IMG/VR virus record: IMGVR_UViG_3300049911_000129
Span: 1-64,000 of that record
Origin: a virus
Direction: 5' to 3' (one strand)
DNA length: 64,000 nt
The translations under genes were made by a program, and so were the position numbers. The notes below the pieces were generated by a model. That model was not told where the DNA came from. It saw only the letters and a list, made by a program, of their open reading frames with translations, and searched no databases. Positions 34,374-44,040 of the stretch are shown in pieces. Positions within the stretch are counted from its first letter, which is position 1, and each line of letters begins with the position of its first letter.

Positions 34374-36308
34374 ATGGGCTACGTACTGGAACTCAGCGAC
34401 ATGGTCGGGTATGGCGCCGGGCTCGGCAACGAGACCTGGACGCAGGTCGGCGGCCTCCTCGAGTTCGAGGTAACGCGGACCGGGCTCGCCAGGCCAGGCA
34501 CGCTGGAGGCCGTCTTCGCGGCGCCGGATCTCTCGCTGTGCGGCAAGACGGTCTACGCGAGGCAGCGGTTCCAGCTGCGCGACAACTCGCTTCCGACGGA
34601 CCAGAACAAGGACATCATCCTGGTCGGGCGCCTGGACGACGTCGAGCCGGTGCAGGACGCGCGGTATGGCCGCGTCTACCGGGTCAAGGGACGGGACTAC
34701 CTGGGCGCGCTGGCGGACAACCACATCGACAGCGGCTTCGACAACTGGGACTCCTTCTACGCGTGCGCCGGGCAGAGTACGGATCCCTGGATACCGAACT
34801 GGGTCGGCAACAACAACGGCCTCTTCGACCCGAGCGGCGCGTCGTACGGCCCCGGCGAGATGCGCAGCGTCATCATCGCGCAGCTGGCGCAGAACATCCT
34901 CGAGTACAGGCAGGGCATCCTGTTCGTTTCGTACCCGTACAACTGGCTCAACTCGAAGCCGATCGAGGTGAACTACGAGGACGCGACGGGCTACACGATC
35001 CTGGACGCCATCAGGAATCTGGCGCGCGAGGACCCGTGGGGTATCGGGTTCGGCTCGACGCATCCGCTCGTCGATGCGTATGACATAGTCATGGGCGTGG
35101 CGCCGCCGCCTCCGCCGCTCGGGCCCGCTCCGCCGCCGGTGCCGTTCCCGGACGCCGGCATAGGGGGCGAGTTCCAGATAGACTACTACAGCGGCGCCCA
35201 ATGCGGACCGCCCCCGCCCGCGCCGCCGCCACTCGGTCCGGCGCCACTGTCGTGCGGGCCGGTGAACCAGCGGCGTGGCCACCAGGCTATGTACTTCAAG
35301 CGCGGGGACGAGGCATGGGATCCGGCCATCATCCTGCAGTACGGGACTGTGCAGCTGGCCGGGACCAAGTTCGCGGTTGTCCCCATTATCAGCTACAGCA
35401 TGCCGGAGCTCGGGTCGGACATCTTCAGCCGCAGCCGGGTCGTGGGCACCGGCGAGGCGAAGTACACGCCGCCGGCGCCGGCCGGGAGCTCGGGGACTGG
35501 TAACGTGCTGCAGTCGGCCGAAGACACGTGGGACCCGGTGAACGGGCTGTACGCGTCGCGGCGCGAGATCGTCGACTATGACGAGGCGCTTACTGGCGAC
35601 TGGACCCACGAGTTCCTCCCGGACTCGGAGAACTATATGTCGAGGGCCTTGCGCGACCGCGCGTACGCCAACCTCTACACTGGGAACCCGGCGCTGGCCC
35701 GCTACCGCGGCGCCATGGCCGGCTCCGTCGTGATACCGTACTTCCCCCGCAACCTGGCGGGCTTCCCGATCGTGCCCGGCCAGCTGGTGTCGGTCCAGAT
35801 AGATCACCTCGGCATCCAGAAGAGCTTCGTCGTCGACAGCTGGAAGTACTCGTGGCCGGCGAACCAGATGACGCTCCAGCTCGCGCGCAACCCGCTTCGG
35901 TCGTTCGGCGAGCAGGTGGTCAAGGGCGTGCGCCGGCAGGAGCAGCTCATAGCGGCTCAGTCGAACCACAAGGACCTCGGGTGGTGGCAGACGGACGGCA
36001 CCGGATCGCACCGGTGGACGCACAATAAGGGGGTCATCCCGAAGAAGATCTCCGTGCAGGTCGCGCAGGACTCGGGCAACGTCGATGCCCTCAACCGGCC
36101 GGTCCCGAAGCTGGGGACCGTCGTCGCGATGACGATGGCGCTGGTACTCAGTCCGGCCGACGGGCAGTGGGCGGGCTGGTACCCGACCGAGTTGACGGCG
36201 ACGGACGTCACTATCCGCTACAGCGTGAATATAACGTACGACGAGGGCCTCTCGTGCGGGTGGATGACGGACGGCAACTCCCTGTTGCGCGTGATCATCG
36301 AGGGTTAG
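34374..36308 (+). CDS. Putative baseplate hub/tail tip protein
   Basis: VGRLDDV..VKGRDYL..L.D, TILDAIRNLA, PGQLVSV pattern; position fits. Confidence 0.55.
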   Translation: MGYVLELSDMVGYGAGLGNETWTQVGGLLEFEVTRTGLARPGTLEAVFAAPDLSLCGKTVYARQRFQLRDNSLPTDQNKDIILVGRLDDVEPVQDARYGRVYRVKGRDYLGALADNHIDSGFDNWDSFYACAGQSTDPWIPNWVGNNNGLFDPSGASYGPGEMRSVIIAQLAQNILEYRQGILFVSYPYNWLNSKPIEVNYEDATGYTILDAIRNLAREDPWGIGFGSTHPLVDAYDIVMGVAPPPPPLGPAPPPVPFPDAGIGGEFQIDYYSGAQCGPPPPAPPPLGPAPLSCGPVNQRRGHQAMYFKRGDEAWDPAIILQYGTVQLAGTKFAVVPIISYSMPELGSDIFSRSRVVGTGEAKYTPPAPAGSSGTGNVLQSAEDTWDPVNGLYASRREIVDYDEALTGDWTHEFLPDSENYMSRALRDRAYANLYTGNPALARYRGAMAGSVVIPYFPRNLAGFPIVPGQLVSVQIDHLGIQKSFVVDSWKYSWPANQMTLQLARNPLRSFGEQVVKGVRRQEQLIAAQSNHKDLGWWQTDGTGSHRWTHNKGVIPKKISVQVAQDSGNVDALNRPVPKLGTVVAMTMALVLSPADGQWAGWYPTELTATDVTIRYSVNITYDEGLSCGWMTDGNSLLRVIIEG

Positions 36309-36312
36309 GGCC

Positions 36313-38886
36313 ATGCCCGCCGTACCGGTGCTCAGGGACAGGGTCACGCCGGGCAAGTACGCGCTGGTGCGGACCGCGCTGTCGGCATCCGCCGCCGACT
36401 ATGCCGGGCGGGCGCAGGCATGCGGGCTCACCGGCCTAGTGTTCAAGCTGAACGACAAGGATAGGCCGATGTCCGAGTGGCTCCCGGACCCGGCCGGCGA
36501 GGACTGGCAGAGGCTGCAGTACATGCTGGGGCCGGCCGGAGGGCTAGATGACCTGATCGGCTACGGCCTGAAGGTCGGCGTCGTGTTCGACGCCGGCAGG
36601 GGCGCCTACGAGGTCCCGACGGCGGAGGGCTCGAGCTGGGCCGGCATCATGAGGCTGCTCGACCCCTTGGGGACGAAGATCGACTTCTACATGGCCGACA
36701 TCACCATCGAGCCACGATGGGCGGTTGCTTCGAACGTACAGGCGTACTTCTCCCCCTGGGTCGGTACTCACGCTACGCCGGCGCGCGCGCTTTCGGCGCT
36801 GATAACCTCGTCCCGTGTTGCGCAGGCGGGTCGTTTGCGGCCGATCTACCTCATAACCCCGGCTGAGCCGCTGGCTGACTGGTTGGGGCTCTATAACAAC
36901 CTGACGTCGGGTCATGACGGCTTCGGCGTACTGGCGTCGACGGATAATGTCTTCTGCAATGCGGTCCTCAACCTAGCGCATCGCGTCGACCCGGCCAACG
37001 GGACATCTGACATCTCGACGGCCTGGCTTTGGCATCAGACCGTCTATGGGACCCAGACCATGGTCCGGGGAGAGTTCGTCTTCGACCTCCGCACGACGTC
37101 CGCCGATGCGGAGACGCTCAAGGGCATGGTCCAGTACGTGGTGGACGGCTTCGACGTCACTACGTCGGACCTGGGCGCCGGATGCGATTGTACGTGGCAT
37201 CCGACGGCGGGCCTGGTCATGTTCGACGATCTCGACGCGATAGAGTCCAAGGGCCTCTACACGGCCGTCGGGGAGGCGATCACCCCGACCGACTTCTGGG
37301 ACCTGGACATCTACGAGGGCGGACCGTGCCTCCTGGGTCCAGTGGGCGAACTGGTCTGGTGGTCGCTCGGGCAGGTCCCGGCGCTGGTCGCCGGCCAGCC
37401 GTGGGAGATGCGCCTGGCGGTCGAGAGCTGGCGACTCGGCAGACTACCCAACTGGATCTTCCTGTATGGTCTGCGCCCGTGCGCATCATACGAGGACCCC
37501 AGCTTTCCGTGGTTCTACCCAGGCTGGATTAGCGTCGGATCTTCGTTGATCCTGTTGAATGCCGGCGCGGGCTTCAGCACGCGTGTCGAGGACGAGCTCG
37601 AGGACTACGTCGACCCAGCCACGGGGCTGTCGCACAAGGTCTTCCGCCTGAGTGGGACGCCCAGCGCGGCCGACGCCGACGCTTACACTTTGCAGCTCAC
37701 CTTCTATGGTGGGTTCTTGGCCATGAACGAGTGCGGAAGATTCCTACTGGTCGTTACGCCGGCGTCGACCATACTCCCGTCCATCGGATCGGGGGGCGCT
37801 GCATCGGATATGCTGCACCCGATACTGCCGTCCATGGGTGCGCTCGTCTCGCCCTGCATGCCGATACCGACCGGCCCGGGACCGGGACCAGTTACACCAC
37901 CGGGCCCCGGTGGCGTCGGGGACTGCGGGCAGACGACTACGCTCAGCTGCCCGGATGGGACATACGAGGTGTGCAACGCCATACTGAACCTCGTCTGGGT
38001 GGTGGCGGGTCAGACATCTGATTGGGAGGAGATGGCGTTCTACATCGCGGTCATGGTGCGCGAGTCGGCCGGCTACGCGGACGCCGCGGGGGACTGCTGC
38101 CCCAACCCGGCCCTGAACTGCGCGCTGTGCGCGACGTGCACCCAGAGCGACCACCCGACGACGTGCTGCTGCTCGTTCGGCCTGTTCATGCTCAACAGGT
38201 GCGGCGGCCAGGGCGCGGGGATGACCTGCGCGCAGCTGCTCGACCCGGCGACCAACGCGAGCGTCGCCATGGCCTCTATGAAGCCGGCTTGGGACGCAAA
38301 CAAGGCGGCCGGGTTGACCGGTATCGCATTGTACAAGGCCGTCGCGGCAGATAGCGGGCACCCAGGCAGTAGCGCCAGCGGCGAGCTGTCGAGGCAGTGG
38401 ATCGCCCGCTTCACGCAGTGCCTGGTGGCTATGGGCTCGCTCTCGTTCCCGCTGCCGTCGTTCTGGCTGTCTTGGCCGATGCGGGCGCCGCTTACGGCCG
38501 ACTGCGCGTGGCACATGGCGTCGCCTGAGGCCCTTTCGGCCATCGACATCGGCTGCACCCCGGGCGTCGGGGGAGAGACGATCAAGGCGGCGCATGACGG
38601 GTATGTGACGTTCGCCGGGCTAGACCCGACGACGGTGGACAACCCGGCCACGGGCTACGGCTACATGGTCGAGATCAGGGACAAGGCGTTCGGCGAGTAC
38701 GTTACGAGGTACGGCCACATGAAGGCAGGCTCGCTCATGGTCAGCACCGGCGACGAGGTCGCGCGCGGCGATGGGATCGGGCTTTGCGGAAACACAGGGC
38801 ACTCGACGGGATACCACCTGCACTTCGAGCTGCGGCACAGCGGGGTAACGGTGTGCCCGTGCACATACTTGGAGGGGGGTTGCTAA
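36313..38886 (+). CDS. Tail-associated lysin: lytic-transglycosylase-like plus M23 peptidase domains
   Basis: AVMVRESAG..SFGLFMLN..LLDPATN; IKAAHDG..GYGYMVEI..YGHM..GNTGHSTGYHLHFE. Confidence 0.8.
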   Translation: MPAVPVLRDRVTPGKYALVRTALSASAADYAGRAQACGLTGLVFKLNDKDRPMSEWLPDPAGEDWQRLQYMLGPAGGLDDLIGYGLKVGVVFDAGRGAYEVPTAEGSSWAGIMRLLDPLGTKIDFYMADITIEPRWAVASNVQAYFSPWVGTHATPARALSALITSSRVAQAGRLRPIYLITPAEPLADWLGLYNNLTSGHDGFGVLASTDNVFCNAVLNLAHRVDPANGTSDISTAWLWHQTVYGTQTMVRGEFVFDLRTTSADAETLKGMVQYVVDGFDVTTSDLGAGCDCTWHPTAGLVMFDDLDAIESKGLYTAVGEAITPTDFWDLDIYEGGPCLLGPVGELVWWSLGQVPALVAGQPWEMRLAVESWRLGRLPNWIFLYGLRPCASYEDPSFPWFYPGWISVGSSLILLNAGAGFSTRVEDELEDYVDPATGLSHKVFRLSGTPSAADADAYTLQLTFYGGFLAMNECGRFLLVVTPASTILPSIGSGGAASDMLHPILPSMGALVSPCMPIPTGPGPGPVTPPGPGGVGDCGQTTTLSCPDGTYEVCNAILNLVWVVAGQTSDWEEMAFYIAVMVRESAGYADAAGDCCPNPALNCALCATCTQSDHPTTCCCSFGLFMLNRCGGQGAGMTCAQLLDPATNASVAMASMKPAWDANKAAGLTGIALYKAVAADSGHPGSSASGELSRQWIARFTQCLVAMGSLSFPLPSFWLSWPMRAPLTADCAWHMASPEALSAIDIGCTPGVGGETIKAAHDGYVTFAGLDPTTVDNPATGYGYMVEIRDKAFGEYVTRYGHMKAGSLMVSTGDEVARGDGIGLCGNTGHSTGYHLHFELRHSGVTVCPCTYLEGGC

Positions 38887-39263
38887 TGCAGCACTACGAC
38901 GCCTGGATTCAGAACGACTACCCGACGCTGGAGGCCGCGTTCGAGCAGGTGCAGGGCATCATCTGCCGCTCGCTGCTGCTCTGCGCGAGCATCGGCTGCC
39001 GGTGCGTCATGGGCAAGGGCGAGCAGCACTGCAGCGAGGTCTACCACGGCAAGGTTCTCCGGGTCTCGGTCAGCGAGGGCCCGACGTGGCTGGTCATCGC
39101 GTACCTGCTCCGCGAGTCGCTGCACGTGCAGATATACCTGGACAGCCTGCCGGGCCTGGACCAGCGCAAGGAGCTGGAGCGCGCCCTACGTGCCCTCGGC
39201 GGCCTGCTGTACTGGACGCAGGACAGCAAGGCGATAACGATGGAGGAGCGCCTTGGACGCTAG
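38886..39263 (+). CDS. Hypothetical protein
   Basis: TAATG coupling to the upstream stop. Confidence 0.55.
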   Translation: MQHYDAWIQNDYPTLEAAFEQVQGIICRSLLLCASIGCRCVMGKGEQHCSEVYHGKVLRVSVSEGPTWLVIAYLLRESLHVQIYLDSLPGLDQRKELERALRALGGLLYWTQDSKAITMEERLGR

Positions 39264-39936
39264 CCTGGCACGGCCATTCGACGCCCACGCTGCACGGGAG
39301 GCGTGGCTTACAGCCGCCTGGAAGCATGGCGACAAGAAGTCGCAGCGCGTCGCCCAGATGTGCTGCTGGAACAATATCGTAGAGGACATGCGTCGGCTGC
39401 CGGAGAAGCAGCGGCTGGCGATGCTCAGGGACTTCTTCTCCGCCTACCCGGCGGGCGGCGAGCAGATCGCGCGCGCCATCGACACCCTCGGGACTGCGGA
39501 GCTCTTCGTCCCGAACAAGCCGCTCGCGAGCGTGGCCGGGCCGATCACGGCGTGGGCCGAGAAGCAGGGCATGGAGCTGGAGGGGGTCGACGTGGTGCCG
39601 TGGGGGCCACCGAGGGTGCTCGGTGGGGCATGGCAGGCGCGGCACGTGCAGGCGCGACAGTCGATGGGCGCCCAGGCCGAGGGCAACACATACCTTCAGC
39701 GGCTCGATGACATCCTCACGGCTGTGGTCGCCCTGCAGCGCGCGGCCATGGACAGGGTTGGCCGGCTGGCGCTTCAGGACGTGAGGCTCATAGCGCAGCG
39801 TGCGCTGTGGGACATGGCGGTCGAGGAGGACTCCGGCTGGGGGAACCTCCTGGACGTGGTGTTCATGGGGTTCTGGCCGTGCGGGGTCACACCGGAGAAC
39901 GTGTTCGTAGTGGCGCACAGGCCGGCGCAGGAGTAG
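39253..39936 (+). CDS. Hypothetical protein (C-terminus paralogous to next gene)
   Basis: GGAGG RBS; W.NLL....GFWPCG motif. Confidence 0.6.
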   Translation: MDASLARPFDAHAAREAWLTAAWKHGDKKSQRVAQMCCWNNIVEDMRRLPEKQRLAMLRDFFSAYPAGGEQIARAIDTLGTAELFVPNKPLASVAGPITAWAEKQGMELEGVDVVPWGPPRVLGGAWQARHVQARQSMGAQAEGNTYLQRLDDILTAVVALQRAAMDRVGRLALQDVRLIAQRALWDMAVEEDSGWGNLLDVVFMGFWPCGVTPENVFVVAHRPAQE

Positions 39937-39945
39937 GGGGGCGGG

Positions 39946-40668
39946 ATGGCATTCGAGGTCGAGAGGGGACACCTGATCTCCGTGGCGCGGGACCTGGGAG
40001 TGGAGCTGCGCCTGTCCAGCCTGCAGGTCTGGACGCAGACGTGCTTCGCTCAGATCCTCAAGGAGACCGAGACGTATCCGGACGGGACCATGCGGAACGT
40101 CCTTTGGAAGTGGCTCGAGGCGGTGAGCCGGGACGAGGGGATAGGCGAGTGGCCGGCGCGCGCGACCGCGCAGGCGTTCTGGAGGGTGTGGTCGGCCAGG
40201 ATGTTCTACCCGGTCGAGTCGCCGCTCAAGGCATGCTCTGCGGCCGTGAGGGAGCACCTCAAGCGCATGGCGGAGACGTCGCCGATCCCGCAGTCGGCCA
40301 TCGAGCAGGAGCCGATCGGCGGGCGCGTGGCGTGGACGTCGCTCGACAGGTGGTTCGAGAAGCCGCTCAACCCGGTGTGGCGCGCCAAGTACGACGACGC
40401 GAACAGGCAGCTGAGGGAGCACTCCGACGACCGGTATGACATGCTGCGGCAGCTGGCGTTCGGGCACCTACAGAACGTCTCGGAGCCGGCGCACGCGTCG
40501 GCGTACAAGTGGCTGAGGCCGGTGTGGGTCATGGGGCTGTGGGAGGCGTGGGACGAGGCCCCCGCGGTGTGGCTCCCGCTGCTCAGCATCATCGAGCGGG
40601 GGTACCTACCGGTCGGACTGTCGGCGGACGGGCGGTCGTTCCTGGTCGCGTCGCAGGTGCTGCCGTGA
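39946..40668 (+). CDS. Hypothetical protein
   Basis: WLPLL....GYLPVG motif. Confidence 0.6.
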   Translation: MAFEVERGHLISVARDLGVELRLSSLQVWTQTCFAQILKETETYPDGTMRNVLWKWLEAVSRDEGIGEWPARATAQAFWRVWSARMFYPVESPLKACSAAVREHLKRMAETSPIPQSAIEQEPIGGRVAWTSLDRWFEKPLNPVWRAKYDDANRQLREHSDDRYDMLRQLAFGHLQNVSEPAHASAYKWLRPVWVMGLWEAWDEAPAVWLPLLSIIERGYLPVGLSADGRSFLVASQVLP

Positions 40669-40895
40669 CGGCCCCGCGGTACCGGTACAGGATCATCTCG
40701 TTCGACAATGAGCGGATGCGAATCGAGAAGTTCGAGGACTCGTCGGTGCGCGACAGGCGCGCGGCGGCACTCGCGGCCGAGGGTAAGGCGGTCCTGGTGT
40801 GCGAGGTCCTGGACGTGATAGGCGGCGGCGACGAGGGAGCTCCGGGCCCTCTTCCGGGTCCTCTTCCGAGGCGCCAGATACGGCATCGGCGATAA
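40665..40895 (+). CDS. Hypothetical protein
   Basis: GTGA overlap with the upstream stop. Confidence 0.45.
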   Translation: MTAPRYRYRIISFDNERMRIEKFEDSSVRDRRAAALAAEGKAVLVCEVLDVIGGGDEGAPGPLPGPLPRRQIRHRR

Positions 40896-40936
40896 TTCTG
40901 CGATCTTTTTGTGCTTTCGGCCGTTCGGGCTGCTCT

Positions 40937-40968
40937 CGTTTGACCCGTTCGGCCGATTATTATAATGA
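40937..40968 (+). promoter_or_regulatory. Putative early promoter (GTTT-N15-TTAT class; also TTGACC..TATAAT)
   Basis: tcgtttgacccgttcggccgattattataatg, an AT-rich island in intergenic DNA. Confidence 0.6.
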
Positions 40969-41006
40969 AGGGCCGGACATGACGGCCACGGTCGAGAGGT
41001 GAGGAT

Positions 41007-41168
41007 ATGGTGCACATCTACGAGACAGGCAGGCACTACGGCAAGAGCAGGCGCGAGAGCGCGCGGCAGGCACTCAGGGGCGAGGCGTCCCTGTTCTGGG
41101 GCCGCGACGAGCGGCTCGCCTTCCTGGCCGGTTACGGTCGCGGGAGGCAGGAGCGGTCGGCGTCGTAG
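41007..41168 (+). CDS. Small early protein (53 aa, MVHIYETGRHYGK...)
   Basis: GAGGTGAGGA RBS; lies between two promoter motifs. Confidence 0.55.
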   Translation: MVHIYETGRHYGKSRRESARQALRGEASLFWGRDERLAFLAGYGRGRQERSAS

Positions 41169-41198
41169 CGTTTCGAGCCTTCGTGCGTTATAGTATGT
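41164..41198 (+). promoter_or_regulatory. Putative early promoter
   Basis: cgtagcgtttcgagccttcgtgcgttatagtatgt, a near-repeat of 43579-43613. Confidence 0.6.
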
Positions 41199-41243
41199 AG
41201 AGGGCCGCCGATGGCGGTCGCGGTTACGGAAGGGACAAGGCAG

Positions 41244-41588
41244 ATGGCAGACAACGGGCTGTTCGGATATAAGAATGAAGGCGAGCTGCATGCGGCGTTC
41301 GACGCGCGCAAGGCGAGGCGCCTCGGGAAGATGGGCAGGACTGTGGTGATTGACCGCGAGTCGGCGAAGGCCGCGCGGGTGGACGGTCTGCATCCGGACC
41401 GCAAGCCGCTTACGGATACGGAGCTTGTCGGCTTCGACTTGAGCGACCTGAACAACACCACGGAGTTCTGGTGCACATGCGACGACGGGGGACTCGAGCC
41501 GCGTTACGTCCCCGACGGCGAGCACACGCACTGCGGCAAGCACCACTGGGACTGCGCCCGCTGCGGCAGGGTGGTCCAGGTAGGCTAG
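41244..41588 (+). CDS. Hypothetical protein with C-terminal Zn-ribbon
   Basis: WCTC..HCGKHHWDCARCG. Confidence 0.55.
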   Translation: MADNGLFGYKNEGELHAAFDARKARRLGKMGRTVVIDRESAKAARVDGLHPDRKPLTDTELVGFDLSDLNNTTEFWCTCDDGGLEPRYVPDGEHTHCGKHHWDCARCGRVVQVG

Positions 41589-41611
41589 ACGGTTATTGAG
41601 GAGGCACGGTC

Positions 41612-41854
41612 ATGAAGGCACCAACCATCATTGGCAAGAGAATCACGGCACTCCGCCCCATGACCCCGCAGGAGCAGTCTTCGTGGGGTTGGTATGGGGA
41701 CCCGACGGCAGTCGTCATCGAGCTCGAGGGCGGACTACGGTTCGTCCCGCTGCGTGACGAGGAAGGCAATGGTCCGGGGGCGCTCCTCCTTGAGGACGAC
41801 CGCGGCAATGACTACGCCTGCTTCGAGAAGGACGGCAAGGTGCAGATTGCGTAG
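41612..41854 (+). CDS. Hypothetical protein
   Basis: GAGGAGG RBS; RDEEGNGPGAL motif. Confidence 0.7.
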   Translation: MKAPTIIGKRITALRPMTPQEQSSWGWYGDPTAVVIELEGGLRFVPLRDEEGNGPGALLLEDDRGNDYACFEKDGKVQIA

Positions 41855-41860
41855 GACCAG

Positions 41861-41920
41861 GGGGCTTCCGCCCCTTGACACGGTGACCGGGCTTCGGCCG
41901 CCGGGTGAATGGGCAGAAGG
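41861..41920 (+). ncRNA. Conserved leader stem-loop, copy A
   Basis: CTTCCGCCC...GGGCAGAAG outer stem enclosing an inner hairpin, just before the RBS. Confidence 0.6.
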
Positions 41921-41939
41921 TATCTGAGGAGGTACAAGA

Positions 41940-42977
41940 ATGGCACACAAGGTCGAATCGGCAGCGTACGCTGACGAACCGGCGTGGCACGGTCTAGGCA
42001 CGGTAGTCAAGGGCGCGATGTCCTCAGCTGAGGTATGCGCGCTGTCTGGCACCGACTGGACGGTGGGCATCCGGAAGGCGTACACAAGGGGATTGGGCGG
42101 CAGGTTCGTCGAGATGCCCGGGCGCTTCGCGGTCGTTCGTGAGACCGATGGCGCGGTCCTCGGCAACGTCGGGCGCGCGTACCGACCCATCCAGAACGCG
42201 GATGGCATCAGCTTCCTGGACCACCTGGTGGCGACCGAGGAGCTCGGCTACGAGGCGGCTGGTTCGCTCCGCGGCGGTCAGACGTTCTGGGCGCTGTGCC
42301 GGGTCCCAGAGGACATGATCATCGGCAAGCGCGGCGACGTCAGCAAGAGGTTCATCCTCTTCACGACGACGCACGACGGGCTGTCGGCGGCCAGGGCCAT
42401 CCCGACGAGTGAGCGGGTCGTCTGCTGGAACACCCTGCAGGCTGCGCTCTGGCACGGCGAGAAGGAGCTCACGGTCCACATCCCCCACACTGGCGACATC
42501 AACCGCAAGATCGCGGTCGCCCGCCAGATCATGGGGATCAGCGTCGACACGTTCAAGCTCTACGGCATCGCCATGAACCAGCTCGCCGACACGGACGGGC
42601 TGCCGATGATCGAGCCGCTGCTGAACGCCCTCTTCCCCCAGAAGGAAGACCTGCCAGGCGAGGAGAACACGCGCCGGCAGGAGAAGGTCGACGCCATCGT
42701 CAGCCTCTACAAGAGCGACGGCGAGGAGTCGGCCTGGGGGCTGCTGAACGCGGTCACCGCCTGGGTCGACCACAAGTACGTCCCGACGGCTACCAAGGAC
42801 GGGTTCCACCGTCCGAAGATCGACGGGCAGTTCCTCTCCACGCTCGCGGGCGCCGGCGCGGACATCAAGTCGCAGGCGGCGAGCATGCTGCTTACGACGG
42901 CCGGCATCTACGAGAGGATGCAGTCCGACCTCGACGCCCTCAAGGTGCGGGCGGTCAGCATCAGGCAGGGGGGCTAA
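41940..42977 (+). CDS. DUF932 (TIGR03299-like) phage/plasmid protein
   Basis: MAH..E..PAWHGLG, Y.PIQN, EAAGSLRGG, HDG, RVVCWNTL, SAWGLLNAVT. Confidence 0.9.
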   Translation: MAHKVESAAYADEPAWHGLGTVVKGAMSSAEVCALSGTDWTVGIRKAYTRGLGGRFVEMPGRFAVVRETDGAVLGNVGRAYRPIQNADGISFLDHLVATEELGYEAAGSLRGGQTFWALCRVPEDMIIGKRGDVSKRFILFTTTHDGLSAARAIPTSERVVCWNTLQAALWHGEKELTVHIPHTGDINRKIAVARQIMGISVDTFKLYGIAMNQLADTDGLPMIEPLLNALFPQKEDLPGEENTRRQEKVDAIVSLYKSDGEESAWGLLNAVTAWVDHKYVPTATKDGFHRPKIDGQFLSTLAGAGADIKSQAASMLLTTAGIYERMQSDLDALKVRAVSIRQGG

Positions 42978-42994
42978 TTGAGACACAACGGAGC

Positions 42995-43051
42995 GGGCTT
43001 ACTGCCCCTCCGCGTGCCCACCGCCTGGTGGGCGCACGATAGGGCAGAAGG
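42995..43051 (+). ncRNA. Conserved leader stem-loop, copy B
   Basis: CTT(A)CTGCCC...GGGCAGAAG with a different inner 12-bp hairpin. Confidence 0.55.
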
Positions 43052-43066
43052 CAGAGGAGACAGCAG

Positions 43067-43576
43067 ATGGCTAGGGCAACGAGACGGGAGTTCACGGTAG
43101 GGCAGGAGGTCATGGTGTGCAATGGGCGGCCGTCGCGCTACTCGCCTCAGGGCTACTGGCAGTTCGCGGTGGTCGCGGAGCCGGACGTCTTCGAGGGTCG
43201 ACGCAGCTTCTACGGCAGCCGTGCCAAGCGCCACTACGTCAGGGTCCAGTACGTCAACCACGACGGGACGGTGGAGTCCTGGGTTCACGGCGTCCTCAAC
43301 GCCAGGAACGCGATCCTCAGCATGGAGGACTACGAACCGATCAAGGCGGCCCGGCTGGCCAGGGAGCAGAGGGAGCGCGAGCAGCCGGCGCGCGAGGCGG
43401 CCGAGAGGATGCGCGAGTGCGGGTTCTACGCCCGCGAGATCATCGGGTGCGTCCAGGACTACAAGCCGGACGGAGGCCCAGGCTTGGTCGAGGTGATCAC
43501 CCAGTACCTCGTCGAGACGTTCGAGAAGACGAAATGGGACGCTGACGCGCGGAGCCGGTACATCGCGACTAGGTAG
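43067..43576 (+). CDS. Hypothetical protein
   Basis: GAGGAG RBS. Confidence 0.65.
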   Translation: MARATRREFTVGQEVMVCNGRPSRYSPQGYWQFAVVAEPDVFEGRRSFYGSRAKRHYVRVQYVNHDGTVESWVHGVLNARNAILSMEDYEPIKAARLAREQREREQPAREAAERMRECGFYAREIIGCVQDYKPDGGPGLVEVITQYLVETFEKTKWDADARSRYIATR

Positions 43577-43578
43577 GC

Positions 43579-43613
43579 CGTAGCGTTTGGCTAGTTCGCG
43601 CATTATTATATGT
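43579..43613 (+). promoter_or_regulatory. Putative early promoter
   Basis: cgtagcgtttggctagttcgcgcattattatatgt. Confidence 0.6.
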
Positions 43614-43636
43614 GAACGGCCTGTCATGAGGCGTTC

Positions 43637-43668
43637 GTGTTTCGGCGGATGTGCCGATTATAATAGTG
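43637..43668 (+). promoter_or_regulatory. Putative early promoter
   Basis: gtgtttcggcggatgtgccgattataatagtg; shares gccgattat..ta.tgaagg with the 40937 copy. Confidence 0.55.
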
Positions 43669-43722
43669 AAGGCACACGGACTTTAACAATCGTATAGGTG
43701 CCCTAGCAGAAAGGAACTGGTC

Positions 43723-44031
43723 ATGGCAAATGGTTGGGACACAGTCAAGTTCGACAAGGACGGCACGATCAAGCTAGAGGAGCGCGGGACGGCCACAGTC
43801 GAGGAGCTCAGGCGTCTGGACGCGGACGACGTCGAGTTTTACGTCGACCGCTTGGTGGACATAAAGCGGGCCCGGGAGCTCGGGGTTCTGGACCTCATCC
43901 GGTGCGCGACGTGCATTCGGCGACTGAGCGCGTATGGCGACGAGCCCGTATGCCTGTGTGAGACGTCGTCTGACGACGAGACGCCAGAAGATCGCAACCT
44001 CACTGAGCTGGCGCACATCCAGCACGGCTAG
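43723..44031 (+). CDS. Hypothetical protein
   Basis: AAAGGA RBS; CATC..CLC. Confidence 0.6.
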   Translation: MANGWDTVKFDKDGTIKLEERGTATVEELRRLDADDVEFYVDRLVDIKRARELGVLDLIRCATCIRRLSAYGDEPVCLCETSSDDETPEDRNLTELAHIQHG

Positions 44032-44040
44032 CGGAACCAA

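Noticed and set aside
35095-35250. Duplicated poly-Pro stretches in the hub protein as a distinct element
   Set aside because: Most simply low-complexity linkers favoured by high GC.
41875-41880. TTGACA as a -35 box
   Set aside because: No -10 hexamer at the proper spacing; it lies inside the repeated stem-loop and reads TTGACC in copy C.
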